In this document: positions 7,010 to 17,104 of the stretch, piece after piece | Layout of the letters: every line of letters begins with the position of its first letter | Position numbering within the stretch: the stretch's first letter is position 1 | Source of the DNA: Savitreella phatthalungensis | Taxonomy: Eukaryota | DNA: 64,000 bases | Direction of reading: 5' to 3' | Assembly: GCA_051599415.1 (NCBI GenBank) | Contig: AP039708.1 | Coordinates: 1-64,000 of the forward strand | Position numbers and translations under genes: made by a program | The notes under the pieces: model-generated | Databases searched by the model: none | Told to the model about the DNA's origin: nothing | The model's input: the letters and a program-made list of their open reading frames with translations, nothing else

Positions 7010-8992
7010 TCATCGCACCTTAACAATTTCTCGACCATTCATATATGCAACTCCTGCTCCATGGGTAAATTTGCTGCGCGGCGGGGGAACGAGGGCATCA
7101 CGGGGTAGCTTGATAAAGTCATCTCCGACGTAGAGCCCTCCATCAGCCAAGATACAGCCTTCACCAACGAGCTTGCCTTTCTGGCGATGCACCTCTCTGC
7201 CGTCCAAACCGAACCGAATGGTCAACCTCCCGTCATCGACCCAAACACCCTGGTCCGATGCTATAACAAGATCCGCATCAAAGACAAACTCGACCGTGGT
7301 CTTGCGATCGATCATAATTAGGGTCGCCCCGGTTGATTGCCTGACAAGAAGCCTGTCGCTATCGATCCACAAAAGCCCGTGACATTCGATCTGATAAGTA
7401 TCATCACCAACGGTGAGGACATCGGTGTAGAGAGCCCATCGGGTGAGGTACGCAGCCTGGCGGAGCATGTTTGACTCGATTTTGCCAGTGACGACGTCGA
7501 GTAGTCCGTTGCGGAACGCAATCTGGCCAGAGGAGGCGTCGAGTACTCCTTTGCACGGTGCTGAGCGCAGAGAAGGAGACCAGAAATGGATACAGTCAAG
7601 GTTCCAGCCAACGAGGATGTCTCCATCGAGCCGCCAGCGATTAGGGAGCCTCCCGGACGGCCGTTCCAGATGCTTGCCATCGAGGAAGAGGCTGCCAGTC
7701 AGAGTCACGTAGAGAGCCCTGCCACCTACCATCTCGAGATGGATGATCTGCTCGTTGGCCTCAATGGAAATCGGCTTGCTCCCTTGATTGGCGAGAGCTG
7801 TGACGAGGGCATACGTCATGGACATGACGATACCAAAAATGAGGAGTGGGCCACGCAAGGATAGAAGTGATGAGGAGGCTCCGCGGAGGACCGCAACCCG
7901 CTTCGCCATCTTGCCGCCTTGCAGAATCAGAGCACTCTCGTGCAGAGATAAGGCATCCCAGGGCAGGGCGAGACTGGACACGAGGGATCGCTGGCGGAGG
8001 GCACCGGGTGCATTGAGGTCGAGGACAATGAGGAAGATAAGAATGATGGCTGTGGCTGCGTGGGAGGTACTCAGAGGAAAGAAGCGTTCAGATGTGCGTC
8101 GATGGCGTTCCGCGAGAAGATCCATCAGCTCTGTTCGCCTGACATCGATGGCGAGAATAGCACAAAAAAAGGTGAGGTGCAGGGCTAGAGAGATCACCAG
8201 AGCAAGCGCAATCTGTACGCACAGAACGGCAATATGGCGGCGAATGAGGCCGTAGCCTAGACAGACCACAACGTTGAGGATTTGAGAGCTGAGTGTGATG
8301 ACACCGACCTTTGCGAGGCCTTCAGAAACCCTTCGCGCCGGGACCAGCGTGCGAGGCGTGGCTGTGACCGCGTTGGTGAGGCGGAACAAGTTTTCCGTCT
8401 CTGCAACCAGGACGCCGAAGGGTATCAGCAGTGGTGGAGAGCGATCAGGACAGCCGTAGACCGTTGGGGTCCATACCGCAGCACATGAGACGATCGTCGA
8501 GATGAGACTTCCAACAGCCAGGCCTGTCCGGGATCGGACGAGACGCAGCTTGCGAAACCCTACGAGGACGTAGACTAGAGTCGATACATATGCCGAAAGG
8601 GCTGCAATGAGGTGCGGATATTTCATCGGCGAGAGGATGATGTCAAACTGCCGAAACGAGTCGTCCGGTAGAAAGTCATGTACGCTTTCGAGGATAACAG
8701 ACTTCACTGGATGCCTGTCGAGCGTTTCTGTGAGGCATCTGATGGCCGCTCCAGCATCGATGCATCCCGTCATATTGCGAGGAGGTGCTGTCGGTAGCGG
8801 AGGCAAGAGGACGACATCGACGTTGGCAGATCCCCCCTGCTTGTGCATAGTCCAAGTATACACCTGCCAAAGGCGGACATATGAAGCGCACTGCACCGTA
8901 GGATAGAGTACAACAAAGGCAAACGCGCCTGTTGCGAGCACGACCAACTGTGCATGCCGAGCTACGAGCAGACCGAACGTCCGTAGCGACAT
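7010..8992 (-). CDS. scp1: Sterol-sensing-domain membrane protein, SCAP/Scp1-like (SREBP cleavage-activating protein)
   Basis: 660 aa. SSD-like TM block (VRSRTGLAVG..ETENLFRLTNAV..ARRVSEGLAKVG..LHLTFFCAILAIDVRRTEL) then a beta-rich degenerate WD-like tail. Confidence 0.75.
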   Translation of the reverse strand: MSLRTFGLLVARHAQLVVLATGAFAFVVLYPTVQCASYVRLWQVYTWTMHKQGGSANVDVVLLPPLPTAPPRNMTGCIDAGAAIRCLTETLDRHPVKSVILESVHDFLPDDSFRQFDIILSPMKYPHLIAALSAYVSTLVYVLVGFRKLRLVRSRTGLAVGSLISTIVSCAAVWTPTVYGCPDRSPPLLIPFGVLVAETENLFRLTNAVTATPRTLVPARRVSEGLAKVGVITLSSQILNVVVCLGYGLIRRHIAVLCVQIALALVISLALHLTFFCAILAIDVRRTELMDLLAERHRRTSERFFPLSTSHAATAIILIFLIVLDLNAPGALRQRSLVSSLALPWDALSLHESALILQGGKMAKRVAVLRGASSSLLSLRGPLLIFGIVMSMTYALVTALANQGSKPISIEANEQIIHLEMVGGRALYVTLTGSLFLDGKHLERPSGRLPNRWRLDGDILVGWNLDCIHFWSPSLRSAPCKGVLDASSGQIAFRNGLLDVVTGKIESNMLRQAAYLTRWALYTDVLTVGDDTYQIECHGLLWIDSDRLLVRQSTGATLIMIDRKTTVEFVFDADLVIASDQGVWVDDGRLTIRFGLDGREVHRQKGKLVGEGCILADGGLYVGDDFIKLPRDALVPPPRSKFTHGAGVAYMNGREIVKVR

Positions 8993-9304
8993 GCCATGGA
9001 TGGTTCAAGAAGGTGCCGGGTTCGGGATTTGTGTGGGATCTTCCAATCTTATCTCCACATTTTTCTGTCTGTTCTAAATCTTGCATGAATACGGAGAGAC
9101 ATGACGTCGCACAAAGCGACAGGTATGTGATGGAAACTGGCTGGACACCATCGCGGTCGATGACGCACCGCTCCTACGTTGCAATTGGGAGCATGAAACG
9201 ATGTCAGGAGACCAGTGATGATGCAAGGAGAGGGACCATTGGCTTACCAGTGGATTCAGAATGAATTATGCACGAGCATCTACAATTCCTCGCCGCTCTA
9301 CCGC

Positions 9305-9823
9305 TCACTTGAAAGCCGCGAGGGCCTTGTCAAAGGCCGCCTGAGACTTTGCCTCGAGGTCTTTGGCCTCCTGCTTCATGCTATCTGGAGCACGCTTGAT
9401 GAGCTCTTCCTCGAGCTCCTTTGTGGTTGCCCTGACATTGGTAATCTCCCCTTGAACGATGGTTTTGACGAGACCAAAGAGATCCTTCTTGGCGACCACA
9501 ACTTCCATCTGCTTGTCCACATCCGGCATTATGGCTTTGATGGAATCCAGAACCTTCCTGCTTTCTGCCTCTGGGATAGGAACGGGCTCATTGCGAAGAT
9601 CAGTAGTGGCCTTACGAATAGCTCCTTCGAGAGCTCTCTGCGGTGCCAGCAGTGTCGGGGCACTGAGGAGACCGGTAAAACCTTCCATAGCCTTCGTCAT
9701 GTCGACAATCTTTGCCTGTATTGCATTGATATTCTTGACGACGCTATCGCCATCACGTTTGACAAGTGGTTGTGCAGTGGCAAGGCCCAGAGTCGCGAGG
9801 AAGACGATTTTCATAGACACCAT
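9305..9823 (-). CDS. Small secreted helical protein, HsbA / cell-wall mannoprotein Mp1-like
   Basis: 172 aa. Signal peptide MKIVFLATLGLATAQP, KR Kex2-type site, amphipathic helices, C-terminal AFDKALAAFK typical of the family. Confidence 0.72.
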   Translation of the reverse strand: MVSMKIVFLATLGLATAQPLVKRDGDSVVKNINAIQAKIVDMTKAMEGFTGLLSAPTLLAPQRALEGAIRKATTDLRNEPVPIPEAESRKVLDSIKAIMPDVDKQMEVVVAKKDLFGLVKTIVQGEITNVRATTKELEEELIKRAPDSMKQEAKDLEAKSQAAFDKALAAFK

Positions 9824-9904
9824 AATGGAGAAAATAAGAAATGTTAATCTGGCCCAGTCGTGGAGGACCCCATCCTCTTATAATCAAGAAGGGGGTCCCA
9901 GACG

Positions 9905-12900
9905 ATGAGCCTGCTGCTGCTGCAGTTGCGGACAAGTGTGACTCAGGAAGTATCCGAAGATGTCTTCGCGCTCGCGCGGGATCATCTATTGGGGAAGTCG
10001 GACGAGGACGCGCGATTTGTGGAACATTTTGCGGCCGACGACGAAGTGTTTGATCGACTGGTCGAAGGTGACACGAAGGCGGTTTGGGAGGTCGTTTTCG
10101 CGGCGGTCGCTGTCGCTGACGCGAAACAGGCGGTTCGGGCTCAAAATGGCGCGGAGAGGGTTTTAGAAAGCGGCGGTCCGGCGGCGCGGGCTCTTGCTCG
10201 AGCCGTCCTCTTGATGGCCAGCGATGATGCGAAGGATGATCCTGCTTTGGCCTTGGCATTTGGAGCACGTAGGACTGACCGGCAGCTCCTGGAGAAGGCT
10301 GCCTTGGGTAACGCGTACAACAGGATTATCGAAGATCTCGAGAGTTTGACTGGGTCGCCATGCTTGTCAAAAGCTCGAGCCCTCTGGCTTGTGCCGTGGC
10401 TCGACAGTCTACATTACTTCTCTCCTTCACTGCTACAATTCTCCATGGCCGAGCGCCTTGTTCGCTCGGAGAATGCGGCGCGGCGGATGTGGGCACACGA
10501 CAACTTCGGATCCTTGTGGACACTCGCACGACAGCACTTTCCGCACGAGTCGGAGCCACTTCTCTTCCTGTTGCAAGCCTCTGCATACGCGATCGACTAT
10601 TTGTCGCGCGAACTCTCGACTGTTGAGACGCTGACGCAGACCTTGCCACTCGGTACATCAGTCTCGGAACTCTTACTGACCGTCGATGTGGAAAACTCTG
10701 TTGTGGAGCTGACGCGTGTACTCGATGTGCAGAGCTTCCCAGGCGGTGTTCTGACGATACCGAAAGGCAGTCGGGGGATCATCAAAAGTTATGAGTCAGA
10801 CCGACCGGTGGTGCTCTGGCAGTTTGAGTATAGCCCACTGGCCTACCTTTTCAGAGCGATAGACTCGCGCGCGCAGCCTCGACAGGAGATCCTAAAACTC
10901 CTTGCGACGCTGATCGGAGCGACTCAGGACCTGCAAGTGGTGTGTGAATTGCTCGGCACAGATCTCCACGGTCTGCAGGCCGTAGCAATTTCGTCTCTTG
11001 ATATCGACCTCTTGTTGGCGCTAGTGCAGTCGGATATGCCTCTAGAGTGGTCGAGCATAGAAGCTGTGTTCGCGTCGACGAGACAAGACATCTCAAAACT
11101 GGCGCTCAGCCTAAGCTGGAAAATGTCTGCGGCCATGCTTGGCGAAGTCCGCGACCCGTCTCTGCTGGCTTTGGCTGTTCCGATGGCCGATTGGCTCGCA
11201 GGCAGTCTATCTTATACAGACGACGCCAGATTGTTGGATGTGGCGATCAGGCTGCTGCGACTCGGAGGAGAGCCTCGCCGGATGATGTTGGAAGCTCTCG
11301 CTGGTGACGGACTCGTGCTGGCCACAATGCTACGCAAAGGACTCCCACTCACCAGAATTCTCGAAGCAGTTCTTCCATATGTTGGTGATGTCCATGTCTA
11401 CTTTTCGGAGCTCTTGCGTCTGGAGATCCGCGGCAAGGTCTTTCGTGCATCTGTCGAGTTCGCTTCTTCGCACCTGTGGCTTTCCAAGCTCGACCTGGCA
11501 AAGTTCTTGGAGCGCGAGCTGGATTGGCGCGCGATTGTAGCCGTTTTGAAATACGGCGGAGCGCGACTGTCGCTCGCACTGGTCACTGCAGGAGACATGG
11601 CGCTCTCTCGCAGGATCTCAGACACGCTCATGCAGTCGTCGGCATGGGAAACTCGGTCGCTCGCTCTAATAGCTCTTCGCATCGCTGTCGGCTGGGGCAT
11701 AGAAAACAGCTTCGCCTCGGATGTCTGGGTCAAGGTCAGGAGCCTGTCCGTTGCTCCTGATCTTTCGACAGCTGGCTTACGGGACGAAAGGCTGACGGTA
11801 GAAAATGCGTACCGCCTGCGCTGCGTAGGTCTTGCAGCTGAAGTTTGCGCACTTCGTAGGGATATCACCGAGGAGGTGCTCGACGGCATTCGAGCAGAGC
11901 ACCTATCAATTCGCTTCTATCGCCCATCCCTGCACGGCAATCTCTCACGCAATATTGCACAGAAGTACAAAGGTCTCGAATTGGCGCGGCTTGTCAAACC
12001 TTTCCCAATGGAGTTCGGCCCAGACTACATCTACGACATGGCGTTTGCTGAAGAAATCTTGAGGGCTAACAACTTTGTACACGAGGTGGGAATTGCGAAC
12101 CTGAACCTCTCCATGCTCGAGGCTCAGCGCGAGATGCTCCGTGGCTTGAGTCTGCTGATACTTGGAGGACTTGTGGCAGGACGATGTCGAGATGCCGCCG
12201 CTCGAACTTGTGTCAGAGCTTTAATGGTCGATACGTCTGGAGAGCCGCAAAGTGAGACAAGTGGTCTACTGCGTGCGAGGCTCGGTGCTGCAGCCGCCAG
12301 ATGGAATACTACGTCAAGGCAGGAGCTTGCAGCCGCTGCGGTGGAGCTTCTTCGCAGAGACATGCTCGACATGCCGCTGGGGGTTTTGACGACACTCATG
12401 CAGTTGCTCGTGTCGTGTAAAGAGTCTCTGCCTGATGGCATCGTCTCGACCGTGGTCGGTCCAGTGTTCCGGATCTGCATGTCCCAGTCAAGGCCACCGT
12501 TGGAGATCTTGCAACTTCTGACAGCCGTTGCGCAAGCAGCAGGGGCGAAGGATGCTGAGCTGGCAGAAAATTGTGTATCAGTCCTCGGACGAGTACGCGA
12601 CGCAGCAGACCCGGGAGCACCTCTGAGGATGCTTGATTCTCTCTTAGCAATGGCGCTCGCAGTCCTCGATGAGAATGCATCTTCTGCGGTGTCGCTAGCG
12701 CGATGTCTGGCAGGGATTCAGGTTGATCTCGAGGCCAGCGCGGAGGGAAGGCAGATCTACACGCGTCGCATTCTGCCACTTGCCCTGCAGCTGCTTTCAA
12801 CGCGTAGCACGACACTCGCCCTCGAGGTTGGGTCGATCCTTATGGCGGCTTATGGGCCGTCAGTTGAAGAGACCGTACGCTACTGGTGCTCGCCTGATTC

Positions 12901-13108
12901 GAGTTTGACTACGAACGACTGCGATGAGTTGCTGCTGACAACACTTTTGCTGAAGCGTGCAGGCAAAGACGAGCCGCTGCGGGAGCTTGCGGACGCCCTC
13001 GAGGGCCTCATTCGCCATCCGAAGACGACGAAAATGAGATTGTCTTGCGACAACTTGATGTCGACGATCGAGCAAACGCGAGCACTTTTAGGTGAAGCTA
13101 TAGGTTGA
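9905..13108 (+). CDS. NUP188: Nucleoporin Nup188/Nup184-like (apparently N-terminally shortened)
   Basis: 1067 aa helical ORF with motifs FP.E.EPLL, LTIPKGSRG..PVVLWQFEYS, RPSLHGNL.RN, FGPDYIYD and ANLNLSM.EAQ seen in fungal Nup188. Confidence 0.78.
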   Translation: MSLLLLQLRTSVTQEVSEDVFALARDHLLGKSDEDARFVEHFAADDEVFDRLVEGDTKAVWEVVFAAVAVADAKQAVRAQNGAERVLESGGPAARALARAVLLMASDDAKDDPALALAFGARRTDRQLLEKAALGNAYNRIIEDLESLTGSPCLSKARALWLVPWLDSLHYFSPSLLQFSMAERLVRSENAARRMWAHDNFGSLWTLARQHFPHESEPLLFLLQASAYAIDYLSRELSTVETLTQTLPLGTSVSELLLTVDVENSVVELTRVLDVQSFPGGVLTIPKGSRGIIKSYESDRPVVLWQFEYSPLAYLFRAIDSRAQPRQEILKLLATLIGATQDLQVVCELLGTDLHGLQAVAISSLDIDLLLALVQSDMPLEWSSIEAVFASTRQDISKLALSLSWKMSAAMLGEVRDPSLLALAVPMADWLAGSLSYTDDARLLDVAIRLLRLGGEPRRMMLEALAGDGLVLATMLRKGLPLTRILEAVLPYVGDVHVYFSELLRLEIRGKVFRASVEFASSHLWLSKLDLAKFLERELDWRAIVAVLKYGGARLSLALVTAGDMALSRRISDTLMQSSAWETRSLALIALRIAVGWGIENSFASDVWVKVRSLSVAPDLSTAGLRDERLTVENAYRLRCVGLAAEVCALRRDITEEVLDGIRAEHLSIRFYRPSLHGNLSRNIAQKYKGLELARLVKPFPMEFGPDYIYDMAFAEEILRANNFVHEVGIANLNLSMLEAQREMLRGLSLLILGGLVAGRCRDAAARTCVRALMVDTSGEPQSETSGLLRARLGAAAARWNTTSRQELAAAAVELLRRDMLDMPLGVLTTLMQLLVSCKESLPDGIVSTVVGPVFRICMSQSRPPLEILQLLTAVAQAAGAKDAELAENCVSVLGRVRDAADPGAPLRMLDSLLAMALAVLDENASSAVSLARCLAGIQVDLEASAEGRQIYTRRILPLALQLLSTRSTTLALEVGSILMAAYGPSVEETVRYWCSPDSSLTTNDCDELLLTTLLLKRAGKDEPLRELADALEGLIRHPKTTKMRLSCDNLMSTIEQTRALLGEAIG

Positions 13109-14447
13109 CAAGGGCTGCGAGATCCTTAGCCAAGGCGACGCACATGTCATCGATGTAAAGCGTCGCAAAATACGCTGTGACGAGACTCGCTCCGAGCGTC
13201 AAGGCCCAGAATAGCAAGAGTCTCAGGTGAAAATCGATGATTCCGAGGCCTGTCATGTGCTTCAACTCCGAAAGCACCATCGTGCCCAGCTGCGAGGCCA
13301 CTGGCAGCGACAGAGCCCTCGCGAGCCGATCTCCGAACACAAATATGGTAGTGACGTGGAAGATGTATAGCATGAAGCTCACGCGACCGAGGAGTCTTAG
13401 CGACTTGCTGTCGAAGAATCGCTGCAGTGTTGGCAGATGGAGCACGGCAAAGGTCACGCAGATCCCGCCGACCGAATGCCAAAAACGATAGTACTCATCG
13501 TCGTCAAAATCGTGGTAACGTGCTGGAATGATTGCAGTTAGGACACCCCAGCCCGGGGCATTTGCACTGTATGCGATTTGGTTGTCGCGTGTAGGCTCGC
13601 ATAAGAGATAGAGGCCGATGACGAAAAGGAACCAGGCGATATGGCGCGACACTTGGATTCCTGGTATCCGGGTATCGAACCATGACATGAGCGCACCGGC
13701 GATGAAGCAAGCGGACACCCACCAAGCATTAAACAGCAGCAGTATCGTCAAGACCGACCCAGCGGCCAGAAGCAGCAAGGGTGAAACTCCGCTCAAAAGA
13801 GCAGTCATGGCGACGAGCGCATAGACGATGAGCGAGCCCTTAAACTCAACGGGAATGCTCCAGAGTACGATGCTGTATTGATGCCATAGCCTGTGTGTGT
13901 GCGTTCGGAAGGGTGAGAAGAAGAAGACGTTTGCATGAAACCACTTCCTTAGTTCTAACCAGACGTCGGGCTCAGGCATTCGGAAGAAACCATGCTCCAT
14001 CAGTCCTGGCACGTGTAGAAGCATAGCCTGTATGAAGGACCAGATAATCGGTGGTAGAAACAATCGGAAAGGCCGCCTGACTGTTGATGATGCCAGGCCT
14101 TTCCAAAATGTCGATCGACCAAGCTTCAGAAAGCTTGCACGGCTGACCACATAGCCAGAGATGACGAAGAATACGGCAACGGCGGCAGATCCCGCATGCA
14201 GAATTCTCACAAACGGTAGACTGAGGAACAGATGATTGCCGTTGTCGCCAAAGCCGCGACCGAAGTCGACGGGATAATATCCTCCCAGAAAGTGCTGATT
14301 GAAGACGAGCACAGCCGCGAATCCACGCAGGCCATCTAGGAAGGAGGTGGATTTCGAGATTGAGGCCGAGATTGAGGATGGCGGATTTGTAGTTGAAGAA
14401 GCCGGCTGTGGCAAGAGCACCTCGTGCAACTCATGATCCTGTGTCAT
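13098..14447 (-). CDS. Acyltransferase family 3 membrane O-acyltransferase
   Basis: 449 aa. FLDGLRGFAAVLV..H, AVAVFFVISGYV, RRPFRLFLP, LWSIPVEFKGS, LGRVSFMLYIFH. Confidence 0.9.
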   Translation of the reverse strand: MTQDHELHEVLLPQPASSTTNPPSSISASISKSTSFLDGLRGFAAVLVFNQHFLGGYYPVDFGRGFGDNGNHLFLSLPFVRILHAGSAAVAVFFVISGYVVSRASFLKLGRSTFWKGLASSTVRRPFRLFLPPIIWSFIQAMLLHVPGLMEHGFFRMPEPDVWLELRKWFHANVFFFSPFRTHTHRLWHQYSIVLWSIPVEFKGSLIVYALVAMTALLSGVSPLLLLAAGSVLTILLLFNAWWVSACFIAGALMSWFDTRIPGIQVSRHIAWFLFVIGLYLLCEPTRDNQIAYSANAPGWGVLTAIIPARYHDFDDDEYYRFWHSVGGICVTFAVLHLPTLQRFFDSKSLRLLGRVSFMLYIFHVTTIFVFGDRLARALSLPVASQLGTMVLSELKHMTGLGIIDFHLRLLLFWALTLGASLVTAYFATLYIDDMCVALAKDLAALVNL

Positions 14448-14478
14448 GTAAATTGTACAACGGGACTAAGGATTGCTA

Positions 14479-15815
14479 CTAAAAATACATCTTACGGCGA
14501 CGTCGATCGGCGAGTTTGAGGTCAGGGACGCGACTACGAATTTCGAGCCGCTCGTTTGCCCAGTCGACAGGCATGAGTCCTGAGGGCCCAGCTGCCCGGC
14601 AGTCCCGGAGCAAGGCATCGATATACGCCCCGTCGGCTGGATGAGCTAATGACATGGAGCTTCCTTCTTGAAGCCAATTCTCGCGCCATTTTTCAATTGC
14701 TTCGTTTGATGGAGCTGGGAGACGTCCGGACCAGATTCTCGCGACCCAGCATGCTTGCGCCTGAGCAAAGGGAAACGGGAGGACCATGTTGTTCTGCGCG
14801 AGTATCGCTAGAGAGATGTCGCGCGAGTACAAACAAAATCGGTACACCTGGTCGAGCGTGCGGCCATCACGTTTGATTAGATCGGAGTGCGCCTCGTCAA
14901 GATACGGAACACTGTAGTGATATCCGGTACATAAGATGATCGCGTCGATGTCCTCCAAGCTGTTTCCATCGGCCAGCCGTGCCGTTCGCCCTTCATTCTC
15001 AAGCGCGACGACTTCTGGCACCGGTAGGACGCCGAACTCGTCCGCATCGCAACATGCCTCTGTCGACCGTTTTGACCGCCAGACTATTTCAGCTGTGCCG
15101 ATTAAGCCGATCGCGATGTCTTCGCCCGAAGGCCCACCGCCAATCACGAGTGTGCGTTTCCCCGCATAAGCGGCTGGTTCGCGGTAGTATTTCGAGTGCT
15201 CGACGTGGTCTAGAGCCTCTTGAAGCCCACGAATGTCCGGTACGCGCGGACTTTCGTAGTGACCTGTGGCGATCACTACCTTGTCAAATTCTGCCGTTGA
15301 GGTTTCAACGGCGTGTCTGTGTTTCGTGACGACAGTCCAGAAAGTCCCGCGCTTACTTAAAGAAACGACTTCTGTATCGAATTGCACGACAGGTCGCACG
15401 TCCTCGCTGTATTGCTCCACATACTGAAACACGGCATGTCTATCTGGAAATTGCTCCGATGTCAGCATAGGCGCCTCGGCAAATCCCATCAGGGATGATG
15501 GCACGTTGGTGTACAGCCTGTCGTACATCGGTGTCGGCCAGCCTCCATTCCGAGGAAGCTCACCTTCATGCCTTGCCTTACGAGATCGCTCGTATGCATG
15601 TTTGCCCGAGCACTCTCCCAGCCCTGTATCATACAGCCAGACGCCACCGAAGCGGGACTGTCGTTCAAAACACGTTACACGGAACTTTTTGTGTTCTGCT
15701 TGAAGCGCCTATATGTTGTCAGACAGTGCATGGTTGAGCGCTCTTCCCCGGGGGGACCTACTTTGATGGCAGCGACGCCGCTTGGGCCTGCGCCGATGAC
15801 TGCAACCTCTATCAT
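14479..15815 (-). CDS. fmo1: Flavin-containing monooxygenase (FMO), 2 exons (15815-15762, 15708-14479)
   Basis: Exon 1 MIEVAVIGAGPSGVAAIK (FAD GxGxxG); 53-nt intron GTAGGT..CTGAC..TAG at 15761-15709; exon 2 has GGVW, ATGHY, HSKYYR, GGGPSG and CTGY. An alternative in-frame ATG lies at 15830. Confidence 0.88.
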
Positions 15816-17104
15816 AGCGGACCGGAGCATGCAGACGCACTAAGGTGATACACGATTGAGACTTACACTAGATCTGCATGCCTACCGTTACAAGCCTACC
15901 GTTACAATTAGATGCAGGCGAGATGAAACTTGAGACGTTGATTACGGACTCTCGGCCACTTGCCCGATCCAAATGAGTCGCCTTTGAAAATGCCCTGAAG
16001 GAGATCGCGGAAGTTTCGCGTTTTGAATCGGGGAAAAGAGGATCTGGGCTTAATTTAGACGTTCCATCCCAGCAAGCACGCGGCGTATTTCAATGTGCAA
16101 ATCCCCTCTTGAATATGTCCAAGTCAGAAGTCCGCGGAACTGTCAGCAAATTTCACCTTCCTCTCAAATGTGCTAAAAATCCGCCAATTCGAGAGCAAAA
16201 GAGAGCGGCGTGCGTTGTAAAGTAGAACCCGCTGTGCCTTTGATAATGAGTGAATATTCTTGGTCGCCTTTCATAAAAGTTTCCAGTGTCATCGGCTCAA
16301 GGACAGGTGCGATGACAAGATTCCGTGCGTTGATTTATTAACCGAGTACGAGGGTTCTGACAGAGCACAGATTCAAGCTGGTCATCCGGATCGGCGGATG
16401 GCTGCGTAAAGGAGGAGATTACCCTTTACGACTAATCCCGGCCAAGATGGCGATTGTGACCAATTCTCCGAGATGAGCTCCCATCTGCACTAGGCCAAGT
16501 AGTGGAAGTTGTCGGTATGCTAACCCTGCTATGGAATTTCCCTCTAGCGAGGATGAATGATGGCAGGCTCGTTGCTTTGGCAGGCTTCAGCTTGTCTGGG
16601 CTATTAGCTGACTGGTAAAGAAAATGAAAATCATCACCCCTCATCGGACCAAGAAAAAGTCCACGCAAAATTGGGTAGCTCAGGGAGGTCGTAAGTGACA
16701 AATCTCAGATGAGACACTCTCCTCACCTTCAGAGCAACAACGTGTACCAAGATTGGGAGTCACAAACCGACTTTGCGCCTTCCACACTAGCTTCCTTCGC
16801 GTCCTGTCATCATTCTGATATAACGGGGTCTTGTCGCAACGGGCCTGATCAAAGTCCATGCAAAAGTCCTTGTGACACGACACTCTCTTTCGACGTTCTT
16901 TTCTCTCTCTCTCTTTGTTGTCCGTCACACTCTCTTTCTCTTTCTCGCCCATCCCCGTGTTGGTCGCGCTTTTCTCAGGAGGTCGTCCAAACCCTTACAA
17001 CATAACAGTCTAACTCAGTCAAACTGGCGCAGACACTTTCACCATTGGTAGGCGAGCACGTCCTCTCGGTCTTGTCACCGAGCGCGAGGAATCACCTTAC
17101 GAGC

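Noticed and set aside
16520..16528. CTAACCCT as a telomerase RNA template
   Set aside because: An 8-mer is expected by chance in 64 kb; no template boundary or pseudoknot support was found.
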